64,000 bases of DNA, from the IMG/VR virus record IMGVR_UViG_3300013121_000021. One strand, given 5' to 3'. Source of the DNA: an uncultured virus (IMG/VR IMGVR_UViG_3300013121_000021). Its lineage: Duplodnaviria > Heunggongvirae > Uroviricota > Caudoviricetes. The notes under the pieces are model-generated. The model was not told where the DNA came from, did no database searches, and saw only the letters and a list, made by a program, of their open reading frames with translations. This document shows positions 32,001 to 41,512 of the stretch, piece after piece (position 1 is the first letter of the stretch; the number at the start of each line of letters is the position of its first letter). The translations under genes and the position numbers were made by a program.

Positions 32001-33931
32001 GATGTTACACCACCACCTAGACTCCATGAAGAAATAGATGTGGTTGGTGGTCTAGGATCATAAACCCAAGTACTATCTAATCCATTTTGTGTTCCATTAA
32101 TAAAAATTCTAACTATATTATTTGAACGGCAAACTGCAACATGGCACCACTCATTCGTAGCTATAGATAATGCAGAGGTTTCAAAATATGCTACACTTGT
32201 AACATTATATGAATATGAAAACCTTAATTTTGGTGTTGTTGCCGTTCCAATAAAATGTAAACGCCAATCTGGAGATGTATAACTATTATTTATAACAAAC
32301 CATTCATTTGCTGATGTTGGAAATGAATTAAAATAAACATATGCTTCAATTGTAAAATCAGAATTCCCATCCGCATTAACTAATGCTAATTCGTTATTAT
32401 TTGTTAATAATTTAATTGTATTATTTGTACCAGGAAAATATGTAGAAGCAGTTCCAGTTTTATAAATAGAAGTTGATGCAGTAATAGCAGAAGATCCAGT
32501 AACACCATAATTAGCTTCATTTTTAAATTCTGTACTTCCTTCTGCACTATCCATATGCATTAATAATTTTAAATTTTTACTATATGAATTAGAATAAATT
32601 AATTTACTAGTTGGAGAGGCTTCTATTGGGACTGTAAAAATTTGTTTTCCAACATTACCTCTAGCTATCCCTTTAGTTATTCTAACTTCATCAATATATC
32701 CTAAATACTGACTACCAAAATATATTGTTTCTAATGTTGCAGAATCTATTGTAAAACTTGAAAAATTCCAAGATTCACATATTCCATTTAAATATAAAAA
32801 CCAAAAAGATCCTTTTCTAATAAATGTTATTTGATGCCAAGTATCATAAACAATTGACGAAGCTGAAATTAATAAAGCCGCAGATGAATTATAATTTCTT
32901 GAAAATACAGCATATTTATTAGGATATGAAGCATGATCGATAGCAATTGACCAAGCATTAGTAACCCATGAATTACTATTAGCAATTAAAGCAGGATATT
33001 GGTTTCCTGTAATCTGTGGATAAAACCAAAACTCAATAGTAAAATCTTGAGATCCAAAAGCAAAATCAATTGATGAATTAGTTTGAAGAATACTTGATCC
33101 ATTTAAATACAAAGATGAATTATTAAATTTATATAAATCAGTTTTAGTAATCGGAGATCCACTATATGTACTTAATATATGATTTTTTTCATCTGTAAAT
33201 ATAGTTCCATTATTTTCGCCATCCATATGACATAATAAAACTACATTATCCCAATAATCATCTGTTGAACTAAAAGGAATAGTATTATCAGCTACTGGAA
33301 TACTATATCTATTTACACCTTTAGTAATTCTAAAATCATCAACCCAACCTTTTAGAGAATCATTAGCACCACCAGACCAACCTTGCCATCCTATATGAAT
33401 ATAGTTTGATGAATTTGGCAATAAAGTATTATTATATTTATATTGGGCTTGTAAAATACCATCGATAAATAAATTCAGATGTAATAGATCAGAAGTTACT
33501 GCAATATGATACCATTGGTTAATATTTAATATGCCAAGACTTCTTGCAATAGTAAAAGATACAGAAGAGGTATTTTTATATAAATATAAATAACCATCTG
33601 ACCATCTAAAAATAGCAAATCTATTAGTACCAGAAGTTCCTATTTGTAGTATATGAGGGGTAGTAGTGTTAAATGATTCAAAATTAATAAAAAAATCTAT
33701 TGTAAATATACAATTATTAAGATTAAATTCAGAAGTTGGGCCAATCATCAATAAATCAGTATTACCATCAAAATATATTGATGTTGGTCCAAATTTCTTA
33801 TTATTTGATTTTAAAGTTGGAGTACCAGTTTTAGATATATTATGATTTTTTATATCATATATGTAGCCTGAGTTATCTATACCGTTTCCTGGTAAATGTA
33901 AGACTACTTGATCATAATAAACATCAGCCAT
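26066..33931 (-). CDS. Giant virion protein: about four LamG-like domains, carbohydrate-binding-like modules and a C-terminal glycoside-hydrolase-like (clan GH-A-type) domain
   Basis: Repeated FTIEFW...WHH...GYIDEVRITKG LamG units; C-terminal IRNIRLV..FYPEWL..IRYLDW...PWE......N....WIN...IYAEFGNEQWN with NE acid/base-like motif and later FYEGG. Confidence 0.75.
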   Translation of the reverse strand: MADVYYDQVVLHLPGNGIDNSGYIYDIKNHNISKTGTPTLKSNNKKFGPTSIYFDGNTDLLMIGPTSEFNLNNCIFTIDFFINFESFNTTTPHILQIGTSGTNRFAIFRWSDGYLYLYKNTSSVSFTIARSLGILNINQWYHIAVTSDLLHLNLFIDGILQAQYKYNNTLLPNSSNYIHIGWQGWSGGANDSLKGWVDDFRITKGVNRYSIPVADNTIPFSSTDDYWDNVVLLCHMDGENNGTIFTDEKNHILSTYSGSPITKTDLYKFNNSSLYLNGSSILQTNSSIDFAFGSQDFTIEFWFYPQITGNQYPALIANSNSWVTNAWSIAIDHASYPNKYAVFSRNYNSSAALLISASSIVYDTWHQITFIRKGSFWFLYLNGICESWNFSSFTIDSATLETIYFGSQYLGYIDEVRITKGIARGNVGKQIFTVPIEASPTSKLIYSNSYSKNLKLLMHMDSAEGSTEFKNEANYGVTGSSAITASTSIYKTGTASTYFPGTNNTIKLLTNNNELALVNADGNSDFTIEAYVYFNSFPTSANEWFVINNSYTSPDWRLHFIGTATTPKLRFSYSYNVTSVAYFETSALSIATNEWCHVAVCRSNNIVRIFINGTQNGLDSTWVYDPRPPTTSISSWSLGGGVTSYPDWYLDSIRVLIGQANYTSNFDPNLITFDNPSYSETPYDPYWNNVVLFMPMEGDIIDEKNHEFTVVGQSSLVSTDKKFGNTSLYFDGSGDQIYSPSSIDFDFGTNDFTIEFWYKSLETGATLRTIFDTRSISTDTGLQIFQQGTITTFTSNSIRATTSVTIRALEWHHLALTRVAGNLRLYIDGVGYSFVSYASAITCPGTLKISNTNWYGYIDSIRITKGISRYNSSFQIPTCAFFRQIISNMSDLLFEQTYKINVVGDQLGDLNIEQSWILDTDFIPLLQFGTSFDKWNHRISPNQGYIIEKDVYLDPLSNSNLADLVKADANAYGGLETEVTIQPNTEYYFKIWTLIPVGKFCEFSFRLNQDSTFGSVYWPGVGNTGTNPTEVYTSPIPGDWTLYTWQFTTPVNLDANTPTKIAIRITGSPDNNPTLSQLVLFGAWLDTTDTIFKDRILYTYDVDTIDSSLEFFDCSIDELDINGNPLTLPFDPTRYGFVDYNLIKNNLGLNFQGWRYTPSNLPATPGYTVYRDNDINPFGTSNLADRIVSDDLSYGGLKLDVYLQPNYTYTFSVYSKRNSGSDGFALRLWTEPTGVVWWDPNNIIGFINYAIYVYPSTDGYERYNWTFTIPGNIPDPVLGSNGELSIYIAANANLYLYGASLVVGTSLYDFVEPYLFIYDSLSIPTGNYIDSNLEFFYPDINELNSNGDLIYSPFDPFRLATFTRLGKHAIPYGNTFDVLINDELGYYLVENSGSTIIANQDLTPNDPIYNPNPDGYHSDLLQGSSDPNKLNGYSGVSILWPMPTTLVEGVDYTVSIWIKAKYLETTAFFNIIPSGTWFNGIEVANSQGNFSHSSWKFLNGSIQIPVSEITGTYPTIGDLGIPDVIPADKILVDRRADKIKAISDNSSSSFWVTEDYQIYDLNVATNLSDILTRTKNSVVVYQEIPYNSEFTSYGAQFWLRLASEYSFINAENQLVYALDNNVVGDLVGLAVVITDTTGRKITRVHKNYNTLTTDWRSNQYYFSINMASSFIDPDYPNTTITQDITKPVGVGFVFSGDLAIYGGPRIFDNTFRLSQSMPIYPNTWTRLSYSFKATKGMQYTLTETARPGTSNPLTFSYGSIGLKISINQPYQPQLNGNPDPAYEPWAPIWTSSLLYGLMINEGTTPDVYYADFLYVPNYPIIPIENRSQVFYPTLEYISGDIEIQPFPIKSISETPQHNVGINVTGNHFFSTARIFLNLLKVSNAGRYRSSVDYYGVWPKTPVQGWWLYRDASVNGNGIDSRWDCFDTRIVLSNVEFESGDTILTVSKSSSGWPSLFGADLFDKTVLGTNIANNTKFVSATVDDINNKVYIEIDTPTIGSSDINDFYYIKKEVIDTHSDLNMDENGYPRYIPTGYQLSCISYRLSAPWNYVAGQMNHPVMPSGRYVLKWDGEGTIHMNNTVGLSAGPYPVTEISSSSNRIVYDIDCSGNTSNGDPVHIKYALGSDIPTPNWTQAQSGFLIVISSTNPDNHIRNIRLVEEKYESLLDSGEVFYPEWLDRLKYFKCIRYLDWCKGNTFQAISRDISERGYIDDVSWSGADSNIPWEIIIEQCNKTNTDCWINLHPAAPDDYQLEIAKIFRDNLNPNLRIYAEFGNEQWNGGLGTGWWLNLYADKFNIEPDPNAANLSWDSHLKAYAMLSQRVFAIWDSVFSGEHARLYPVKLWDDPKTQQRRFLRVLSTISANPSVAIDVWKYAVQYTKDIDGIPYDVIGSNAYFADMLSPEIKHIEEIHAPLPYQWTLEEVIPHAWIGLEEFKTNEGYHFDTLLNNNGELGNDLNGDPVRPTFCFYEGGFGCPGPSPYMFKAIAQLKFGEDGLDTVYNLYKQQLQWWQAKIENSYNKDVSIYNIWETPNSFSTYDQWGITDKSYYPEYEYLEFPKVKATIESSGLYSNVTLEFNSPVLIYSSKPKININNQWVALNTVKIKQNGIWRTAPSYIIKYKMNDVWN

Positions 33932-34699
33932 TTAATAGCCTGCTCTAATTCTTAATGCAGATAAATCATTATTATTACTTATTAATGTATTAGCTGGAAT
34001 TTCTCTTTTTACCCAAACAGCATAAGATTTTCCAGCATCTATTTGCCCAATATCTAATGCATCATCAATTATACTAGGAGTACTAAAAGTAATCGTATTA
34101 GGATTTGTTGTAGCCACTCCAGTTGTTAATCCATCCCCAATCCCAACTGGATCTAAACCAATAGATAAAATATCTTCACCTAATGGTTGTTGACTTATAT
34201 AAATAAAAACATTTACAAATGGTTGATTAACATGTTCATTATGAATATAGAAACACCTATACTCAATATTTCCATTTAAACTTTCTAATTTAGTTATATC
34301 ATCAAATAAACTATTTGATTTTTGAGATACTATAATATTATCTTGTTGATCTGTTAACGGCAAATCATTAAATATTACCGAAACAAATAATAATCCATCA
34401 GTTGGACTTGTTATTGTATATCTTCCATCTTCTGTTAAAGTTACTATATCACCAGCGCTTTCACCAGAAGGAGCCCAAGTTAATGTTTTATTTGTTGAAT
34501 TATATATTAATGTACCACTTCCATTAGCAGATCCAGGAGCATCAATTAAAGTTATCCCAGTAATATTGGAAATTCCTGTAACATTTTTAGAATAAAATGA
34601 AGTATTAGATTTAATACCGCCAGTACTTATACTTGGGTTAGTATTATCAGCTCCACCACTCAATCTTAATTCTAAATAAGCTAAACTACTTTCTACCAT
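33932..34699 (-). CDS. Virion structural protein
   Basis: LSGGA.N..P..S.GG...LFDDI...E...G..EYRCFYI.N...AVWVKR pattern seen in phage tail modules. Confidence 0.6.
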   Translation of the reverse strand: MVESSLAYLELRLSGGADNTNPSISTGGIKSNTSFYSKNVTGISNITGITLIDAPGSANGSGTLIYNSTNKTLTWAPSGESAGDIVTLTEDGRYTITSPTDGLLFVSVIFNDLPLTDQQDNIIVSQKSNSLFDDITKLESLNGNIEYRCFYIHNEHVNQPFVNVFIYISQQPLGEDILSIGLDPVGIGDGLTTGVATTNPNTITFSTPSIIDDALDIGQIDAGKSYAVWVKREIPANTLISNNNDLSALRIRAGY

Positions 34700-34702
34700 T
34701 TT

Positions 34703-35167
34703 TTATATTTTAAAAATACCTTTAGTAGGATTCCAAGTAATTTTTATACTACCACCATTTGTACCTGCACCAATACCATAACCACTATCAATCAAAGCAA
34801 TTAGTGGGGATGATCCATAGTCATTAGAATTTGGTGGTCCATTGACATTATTAATATCTGGGTCTTTAAATATTACTATATATGATATTGTTTGATTTGC
34901 ATTTACACTATCAAAAGTAACTGGATCAGCAGAAACTGCACCATATACTCCATTTACTATAGTTGCTTTATTGGTTAATGTTTTAATAGGCATTAATGCA
35001 GCTAAAATACAATTAGATATACTCGTATAAAATTCATCACTATCTAAAGCTTGAGAACCACCAATATATGTACCATCCACTAATGCTGCTTTAATATTAT
35101 CATTAATCCAATCTATTTCCGCCTGCATTATTTTTTGTCTAGTTTTTGCATATAAAGAATTTGCCAT
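34703..35167 (-). CDS. Virion structural (tail-associated) protein
   Basis: MANSLY...IDW..D.IKAALVD...PLIA.ID...NGG.I.ITW...GIF pattern. Confidence 0.65.
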   Translation of the reverse strand: MANSLYAKTRQKIMQAEIDWINDNIKAALVDGTYIGGSQALDSDEFYTSISNCILAALMPIKTLTNKATIVNGVYGAVSADPVTFDSVNANQTISYIVIFKDPDINNVNGPPNSNDYGSSPLIALIDSGYGIGAGTNGGSIKITWNPTKGIFKI

Positions 35168-35180
35168 AAAAATTAACCTT

Positions 35181-36188
35181 TTATATTAAATTTATTTTCG
35201 TCCAATTAGAATTAGATTCTTGTCGTTCAACTATTGGATATACATAATACCCAGTTGTAGATCCATTATATGGATATGCATTAATAACCCAATCTCCAGT
35301 TACCCTGCCTGAATTATAAATTGTGGTTATTAATCCTCTATCACCATCTCCAACAAATTCATCAGCATTACTAACAATATGATCTAAATTTATAGATACC
35401 TGATATTCACAATTTTGATGTAATTCAATTAATTTATCAAAGTATATGGATACCCAACCAGTTTCGGTTACATATTTAAATCTACACCCTAAAGGAACCT
35501 TATCGGCCCATAATTTAATTCCAATAGACGTATAACTGTTATTAGTAGGTTTATAAAATTTAACACCTTTTAAAATTAAATCATAATTAGCAATAAAACC
35601 TATACCAACTTCTTTAGGAGTACCATCATAATTTATAGTCGGGGTGTCACTTTCACTTGGAAATGCTGAACCTGTAGTTATTGTTAACGGTGGACTATTA
35701 ATAGATTCGGCAGTAGCTATAAATAATTGATTTTCATAAAATACCATATCATCTATAGCATAAGTAGTAGAATCATTCCAAAAACCTTTTAAACCACTAC
35801 TACCAGATGAACCAATTAATGACGTTAACCATTCTTGTACTGTTCCTGTAAATCCATTTTGAGTAGCTAATTCATAAGCAGACAGCCCAGGATTACCTCT
35901 AGGACCCTTCATATTAGTAAGTATTTTACTATTTACTAAACTATATGTATCAATATCAACTACAATCCCTGTATCAAAAGTGAAATCCCCACCTAAAGTA
36001 GCTCCTTGATAAGCATCTGATCGTAATTGTAATACTTTAATATTCTCATTTACTACTATTGTATATCCATTTGAAACACAAATATCATATTCTGTTGGCA
36101 CCATAAAACTACCAGTTCCATTTGACTGAGTATTCCATATATTATTTGTATTCCAATTTCCATTTTGTTGTGCAAATAAAACTGTCAT
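35181..36188 (-). CDS. Fibre protein with DUF4082-like C-terminal domain
   Basis: G.SAYE.A..NGF.GT..EWL.SL and EVGIGF...GVKFYKP motifs; paralogue of 36185-37624. Confidence 0.65.
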   Translation of the reverse strand: MTVLFAQQNGNWNTNNIWNTQSNGTGSFMVPTEYDICVSNGYTIVVNENIKVLQLRSDAYQGATLGGDFTFDTGIVVDIDTYSLVNSKILTNMKGPRGNPGLSAYELATQNGFTGTVQEWLTSLIGSSGSSGLKGFWNDSTTYAIDDMVFYENQLFIATAESINSPPLTITTGSAFPSESDTPTINYDGTPKEVGIGFIANYDLILKGVKFYKPTNNSYTSIGIKLWADKVPLGCRFKYVTETGWVSIYFDKLIELHQNCEYQVSINLDHIVSNADEFVGDGDRGLITTIYNSGRVTGDWVINAYPYNGSTTGYYVYPIVERQESNSNWTKINLI

Positions 36189-37624
36189 AATTTTACCCAA
36201 TTAGAATTTGCTTGTCGCCGTTCTACTATTGGATATATATAATGAGCATTAGTAGAACCATTTCCTGGATATGCATTAATAACCCAATCACTAGCCACTC
36301 GACCAGAATTATAGATTGTTGTTATTAATCCTCTATCACCATTACCGCTAAATTCATCTAAATTAGTAACAATATGATCAAGGTTTACAGACACAACATA
36401 TTCATTATTTTGATATAAATTAACACTACGATCAAAATTAATTGATACCCAACCAGTTTCAGTTACATTAAGAAATCGAGATTCAATTGGAATTTTATCA
36501 TTCCATAATTTAATCCCTATACTTGTATAAGTATTATTTGTTGGTTTATAAAATTTAACTCCTGTTATTACTATATCATAATTAGGAATAAAACCTATAC
36601 CGACTTCTTTAGGAGTACCATCATAATTTATAGCTGGAGTATCGCTTTCACTTGAAAACGCTGAACCTGGGGTTATTATTAATGGCGAACTATTAGTATT
36701 ATCCGCAGTAGCTATATATAGCTGACCTAAATATGTTACTATATCATTTGTTACATAAGAAGCTAAATTATCCCAAGCTCCTTTAAAATTACTACTAGAT
36801 GTGCTTGGTTCTCCTGGGTCAGATGGATTAATCCAAATAGAATATTCTGGAGCATCTAAAGGCTCATCTACTTGCAAATAAATTGGTACAGATTTTAATG
36901 TGTCTAACCATTCGGATTCTGTTCCAACAAAACCATTTTGAACTGCAATTTGATAAGCTGTTAATCCATCAATACCTCTAGCTCCTTCACTACCAGGATC
37001 TCCTTTAGGACCTATACCACCAGTATCACCTTTAGGTCCAGTTAAACCAGTAGGACCCATCGGACCTTGTACACCAGGTGGACCAGTAGCACCATCATTA
37101 CCTCGTGCACCTTGTATTCCTTGTATTCCTTGAGGGCCAGGATCACCAGTATCACCTTTAGGTCCAGTTAAACCTGGTGGACCTACATCTCCTTGATCTC
37201 CTTTAGGACCTTGTGGACCTGGTTCTCCTTGTGGACCGGTTAAACCAGGTTCTCCTTGATCTCCTTTAGGACCTTGTGGACCTGGTTGACCTATTGGACC
37301 AGGATCTCCTTTAGGACCTATAATTACTTTTTGAAAATTTGAAGAATCTTTTAAATTTGTAATTAATGAAATTGAAGATTGCCGTTCTGTTTCTACATTT
37401 ATATTTGGAAATACTAAAAAATCTCCACCTAATTTAGCTCCTTGATAATCATCCGTTCGTAATTGTAAAACTTTAATATTAACATTTATAATAATAATTT
37501 TACCATTAGCAACACAAATGTCATCATAAATTGGTGTTTTATATACTCCTGTACCATCTATTTTAGTATTCCATAAATATCTAGTATTCCAATTATTATT
37601 AGACTGGGCAAATAAGACTGCCAT
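36185..37624 (-). CDS. Collagen-like fibre protein with DUF4082-like C-terminal domain
   Basis: About 39 consecutive Gly-X-Y triplets ([10 protein letters not shown]...); same terminal domains as 35181-36188. Confidence 0.85.
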   Translation of the reverse strand: MAVLFAQSNNNWNTRYLWNTKIDGTGVYKTPIYDDICVANGKIIIINVNIKVLQLRTDDYQGAKLGGDFLVFPNINVETERQSSISLITNLKDSSNFQKVIIGPKGDPGPIGQPGPQGPKGDQGEPGLTGPQGEPGPQGPKGDQGDVGPPGLTGPKGDTGDPGPQGIQGIQGARGNDGATGPPGVQGPMGPTGLTGPKGDTGGIGPKGDPGSEGARGIDGLTAYQIAVQNGFVGTESEWLDTLKSVPIYLQVDEPLDAPEYSIWINPSDPGEPSTSSSNFKGAWDNLASYVTNDIVTYLGQLYIATADNTNSSPLIITPGSAFSSESDTPAINYDGTPKEVGIGFIPNYDIVITGVKFYKPTNNTYTSIGIKLWNDKIPIESRFLNVTETGWVSINFDRSVNLYQNNEYVVSVNLDHIVTNLDEFSGNGDRGLITTIYNSGRVASDWVINAYPGNGSTNAHYIYPIVERRQANSNWVKL

Positions 37625-37629
37625 AATTA

Positions 37630-38049
37630 TTAAATACCTTTAACTAATATATATTCAATTTTTATATCTTTTAATAAAATAGATGGAGTTAATTCTCCAC
37701 TTATTAAATCTACATCATATGAACCATTAGCTATATCAATATTTATACCAATTTGATCATTCATATAACAAAATTGTTTTGTTTTTAATATTAAATTAGA
37801 TGCTAATTTTAATATAAATAATTCATCACTTACTATTTCAATATAATTAGTACTTGTAGCTAATTTTATAAATTGCGAATCTTCTTTTTGTAAAATTAAA
37901 ACACTATTGTGATAAACTTTAGGATTTGTTATAATTATATTATTTTCTAATAATAATTCTTTGGTATTACTTTTTTCATATGTTGGATATGGAGGAAATT
38001 CAGTATAATTAATATATCTAATTTTAGTTTCTTTGATGATTTGTTGCAT
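37630..38049 (-). CDS. Hypothetical protein
   Basis: 139-aa ORF coupled within the operon. Confidence 0.55.
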   Translation of the reverse strand: MQQIIKETKIRYINYTEFPPYPTYEKSNTKELLLENNIIITNPKVYHNSVLILQKEDSQFIKLATSTNYIEIVSDELFILKLASNLILKTKQFCYMNDQIGINIDIANGSYDVDLISGELTPSILLKDIKIEYILVKGI

Positions 38050-38459
38050 TATGTTTTAATTAATTTCGGAACTGTTTTAGATATTATCTGACTTACTGGA
38101 ACTGGAGAAGGTGAATTTGCATTTTGGAGTTTTGATAAAGGATTATATTTATCATATGCTCCTTTAAGAGCAGCATTAGCTCCTATCGATATTGCACCTA
38201 ATCCACCCAATCCCATTAAAGCTTTACCAGCGGTTGATCCAATTGATTGATTTGTAACTCGTCTAAATAATTCTTTATTACGTGTAGGATTAACGGCAGA
38301 ATGGCTAGTCATCTTTCCTAAATATTTTGCCGATCTATCAATTAACTCTCCAGTAGTATGACGAGCTTTAGTAAGAGGATTTAATGATCTTACAAACCCT
38401 TTTCCTATATCAATTGCTGTAGATTCTATTATTAAATTATCAATCTCTTTTAGTATCAT
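38049..38459 (-). CDS. Hypothetical protein with N-terminal leader
   Basis: Starts MILKEIDNLIIE; Gly/Ala-rich hydrophobic stretch. Confidence 0.6.
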   Translation of the reverse strand: MILKEIDNLIIESTAIDIGKGFVRSLNPLTKARHTTGELIDRSAKYLGKMTSHSAVNPTRNKELFRRVTNQSIGSTAGKALMGLGGLGAISIGANAALKGAYDKYNPLSKLQNANSPSPVPVSQIISKTVPKLIKT

Positions 38460-38637
38460 AATGTTTTACTATACTTCCATTTGGAAATTCATCTTTTGGT
38501 TTATCATATTCTTGATATGGGATATCTTTTGATATTTCAGTTTTCTTAAAATCTTGATGAGATTCTACCGCTTCTTTCCAAACAGATAATACATCTTCTG
38601 CTTCAGTAATTAAATTTTTTACATCTTCAATAATCAT
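38440..38637 (-). CDS. Small protein with N-terminal leader
   Basis: Starts MIIEDVKNLITE. Confidence 0.55.
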   Translation of the reverse strand: MIIEDVKNLITEAEDVLSVWKEAVESHQDFKKTEISKDIPYQEYDKPKDEFPNGSIVKHYDTKRD

Positions 38638-38840
38638 ATATTAATACCTTTTAATTCATTAAACACATAAGCTTGCGTTCCTGTTGCTTCTACCGAATAT
38701 CCTTTTGAAATAGCTTCTTTTGTAAAATTTTTAGTAGAAGTAATATGTTCAAATAAAACAATTAAATCATTACAAATTGAACGCCTGACACCCTTGTAAT
38801 CTTCACATAATTTTCTTAAAAGAGGATCATCTATTAACAT
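38634..38840 (-). CDS. Hypothetical protein
   Basis: 68-aa ORF with ATGA coupling. Confidence 0.5.
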   Translation of the reverse strand: MLIDDPLLRKLCEDYKGVRRSICNDLIVLFEHITSTKNFTKEAISKGYSVEATGTQAYVFNELKGINI

Positions 38841-38845
38841 AAAAA

Positions 38846-38877
38846 AAGGGTTAAATAAAAAATTTTATTTAACCCTT
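38846..38877 (-). terminator. Intrinsic terminator
   Basis: AAGGGTTAAATAAAA...TTTTATTTAACCCTT stem followed by a U-tract on the minus strand. Confidence 0.6.
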
Positions 38878-38883
38878 CCTTAA

Positions 38884-39177
38884 TTATGCTGCTTCAGGAG
38901 GTGGTTCTTCAGTTACAGGAGGTGGTTCTTCAGCTGGAGGAGGCTCTACTGGAGCAATAATATCAGGTACAATACTATCTAAAGATTGTGCAACAGATTT
39001 TAATTCTTCAATAGCGGTTAATGCATCAGCTGGAACATCGCCAGCTGCATTTAATGCATCTTCTAAAGCCTGAATTCTATCATATAATTCAACCTGCTTA
39101 GAAGTAATTTCATCCTGGGCTTTCTTTAACTCAACTACTGCTTCATTAATAATAGTAGTCAATTCTGTAACTTTCAT
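38884..39177 (-). CDS. Acidic coiled-coil protein with Pro/Glu tail
   Basis: AGAGG RBS before MKVTELTT at 39177. Confidence 0.6.
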   Translation of the reverse strand: MKVTELTTIINEAVVELKKAQDEITSKQVELYDRIQALEDALNAAGDVPADALTAIEELKSVAQSLDSIVPDIIAPVEPPPAEEPPPVTEEPPPEAA

Positions 39178-39261
39178 ATCTATATACCTCTTTAATTTAA
39201 AAAATTCTTTTTCACAATTAAATATTACAACTTTATTTATTAACGCCATTTTAATTTTATC

Positions 39262-39276
39262 ATATAGATATAATAT
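39262..39276 (+). promoter_or_regulatory. Conserved phage promoter-like motif ATATAGATATAATAT
   Basis: Upstream of the plus-strand operon at 39310; identical 15-mer on the minus strand at 62768-62782. Confidence 0.6.
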
Positions 39277-39309
39277 AATACGTTAAATTTTATTATTAGG
39301 ATTAATAAA

Positions 39310-39747
39310 ATGTTTAATTTACAATGTCAGTGTGGTAAAACCACAAGATACGATGGTGTTGCTGACACTGTCGATAAAAAATACGTTATATGTATAGATT
39401 GTAAAAAAATCAACAATATTGAAACTAAACAATCTCTAACAGATGACGAGTGGTTGGATCTTCCAGTTGATACAAGATCAAAATTAAAAACAATTTTTGA
39501 TCTTCTTAATTCTTCAAAAATCCAAGAACAAATTGATAGTTTTCAAAAAGAAACTGATGAATATAGACGATTATTTCAAGAAGATTTAATAAATGCACCA
39601 CTGGAAGAAGTAATAAAAAGTCTTTCAAAATATTATATTATGAATAAACATAATATGGAAGAAAGACATATGGAATTATTTAGAGTAGTAGGTGGAGCAT
39701 TAAAATATTTATATGATGTTCAACAAGAAAATGAAGGATCTAATTGA
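39310..39747 (+). CDS. Zn-ribbon protein, paralogue of 40291-40821
   Basis: CQCG...CIDC followed by TDDEWLDL. Confidence 0.65.
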   Translation: MFNLQCQCGKTTRYDGVADTVDKKYVICIDCKKINNIETKQSLTDDEWLDLPVDTRSKLKTIFDLLNSSKIQEQIDSFQKETDEYRRLFQEDLINAPLEEVIKSLSKYYIMNKHNMEERHMELFRVVGGALKYLYDVQQENEGSN

Positions 39748-40294
39748 TAAATTATTTCCTCATCTTTCAAAACAATACGATGAAGATTCAATAATAAACC
39801 AAATTGAAAAACTAGAAATTGTTAGTTTTTCTCAATGTTTTATTATAACTGAAAAAATAATTTCTGCTATAATAAAAGTTAATACTGAAGAAATTCAATA
39901 TGTAAATAAACCTTCTTTAAAACTTCAAAGATTAGCAATTGAAGTAGACCCAAGTTCATTTCAATATTTTAGTGATAAAGCACCATATGCAATAAAAAAA
40001 TTAGCAATATTAAAAGAACCTTCTAATTTAAAACATATTAAAAAGCCAACCCCGGCCTTATGTCATTTAGCAGTTTCAACTGGAGCGTTTGCTATACAAT
40101 ATATTGAAAACCCTTCTATTAGCTTACAACAAATAGCTATTAGAAAACATCCAGTTATGATTCAATATATTAAAAATCCAGATTTTAAAATTATTATTAA
40201 TTGTGTTAGGAGAGATAAAAATGTTTTAAAATTTGTTAATTTATTACATTTAACGGCAGATCAACTTCATCAATTAAAATTATTATCAATATGA
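39713..40294 (+). CDS. DUF4116-like repeat protein
   Basis: Repeated [IL]QY[IV]xxP...LA units. Confidence 0.6.
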   Translation: MMFNKKMKDLIDKLFPHLSKQYDEDSIINQIEKLEIVSFSQCFIITEKIISAIIKVNTEEIQYVNKPSLKLQRLAIEVDPSSFQYFSDKAPYAIKKLAILKEPSNLKHIKKPTPALCHLAVSTGAFAIQYIENPSISLQQIAIRKHPVMIQYIKNPDFKIIINCVRRDKNVLKFVNLLHLTADQLHQLKLLSI

Positions 40295-40821
40295 AAACCG
40301 TAACATGTTCTAAATGTAATACAAATACATCTTATGGAAAAGAGATCATTGTTGGGAATTGGAGTGTATGTATTGAATGTAGATCCATTATTAATGTTGA
40401 TAATGGAGAACAAATAACAGATGATGAATGGTTAGAATTAGAACTCGATCAAAGAAAAGAAATTAACTATTTATTAACATTAGCCGATAAAGAAAAAGCA
40501 CAAAAATTAATTCATGAAATTCATGGGGAGATAGAATTCTTCAAAAAACTAATTCAATCCAATATTCAAGCAGTCCCTATCGATAATATGACGGTTGATA
40601 TGTTTGAATATTTTATTCTGGTTCGACAGAATTTGTCAAATCATAATCGACATTTATTCTGTTCGGTTTTAGGAATGTTGGAATATTTTAAAGAAATACA
40701 GGAATCTCACAAAAAATTCAAAGAAATTGTAGATAACCCAAAATTCAAAGATATTCTAGATAGCACAAAGTTTGAAGAAATCACAAAAGAAATTTTAGAA
40801 AAAATATCTCTAGTTCAATGA
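40291..40821 (+). CDS. Zn-ribbon protein
   Basis: CSKC...CIEC followed by TDDEWLEL. Confidence 0.65.
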   Translation: MKTVTCSKCNTNTSYGKEIIVGNWSVCIECRSIINVDNGEQITDDEWLELELDQRKEINYLLTLADKEKAQKLIHEIHGEIEFFKKLIQSNIQAVPIDNMTVDMFEYFILVRQNLSNHNRHLFCSVLGMLEYFKEIQESHKKFKEIVDNPKFKDILDSTKFEEITKEILEKISLVQ

Positions 40822-40836
40822 TATTGTTTTCTTAAA

Positions 40837-40872
40837 AAATAGGTACTATATAATAAAATATAGTACCTATTT
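40837..40872. terminator. Bidirectional terminator hairpin
   Basis: AAATAGGTACTATA...TATAGTACCTATTT between convergent genes. Confidence 0.65.
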
Positions 40873-40878
40873 AGTTTT

Positions 40879-41151
40879 TTATTTTTTATACGTTTCTTCT
40901 AGTTCTTTAGATAATGAATATAATGTTTGATCATCGAAATTTTCAAGATGTAAATGCATTACAGAATCCCTCTCATTATCTCTTAAATCTTTTAAAAATT
41001 TTAGAATATAAGGATGAGGTTTTTTATGAAATATCTTTTTAAAAACACCATTTGGTAAATGACATTGATAACATTGTTGAGAACTATCAGATATTACTAA
41101 CGATGGAAAAAAGAAAACTAGTAGAAAACTAGTTTGTCTAATCCATGACAT
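40879..41151 (-). CDS. Class I c-type cytochrome-like protein
   Basis: Signal-peptide-like N-terminus, CYQCH heme-binding motif, and L.D.R...R.SVM distal Met region. Confidence 0.65.
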   Translation of the reverse strand: MSWIRQTSFLLVFFFPSLVISDSSQQCYQCHLPNGVFKKIFHKKPHPYILKFLKDLRDNERDSVMHLHLENFDDQTLYSLSKELEETYKK

Positions 41152-41496
41152 TTAAGCAAATACAGCAAATCTTCTATCTTCAATTCGAGTTTGTTCTTCA
41201 CCCTCATCGTCAATATAAGTTAATTCTCGAGGAGGATAAACTCGATCATATATTGCTTTTTTATCAGGATTAGAAAATATTTCACCAAATGTCCCTAATA
41301 TAGTTAAATTTTCTAATTGATTTAATAATGCCAATTCATTAGCATTTACTCTTATTAATGCTAAAGTTTCATTATCTTTTCTTATAGTTGGAGATTTTTC
41401 AATTATAAAACGACCAGTATCTTCTCTATTTGGTATTTTTTCTTTTACTTCTGCTAATAAAGCTTCAGTATCTGAACAATATGTTACTAAATCCAT
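41152..41496 (-). CDS. Hypothetical fibre-associated protein
   Basis: 114-aa ORF directly after the LamG fibre cluster. Confidence 0.55.
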   Translation of the reverse strand: MDLVTYCSDTEALLAEVKEKIPNREDTGRFIIEKSPTIRKDNETLALIRVNANELALLNQLENLTILGTFGEIFSNPDKKAIYDRVYPPRELTYIDDEGEEQTRIEDRRFAVFA

Positions 41497-41512
41497 ATTT
41501 TTTATTTAAACC

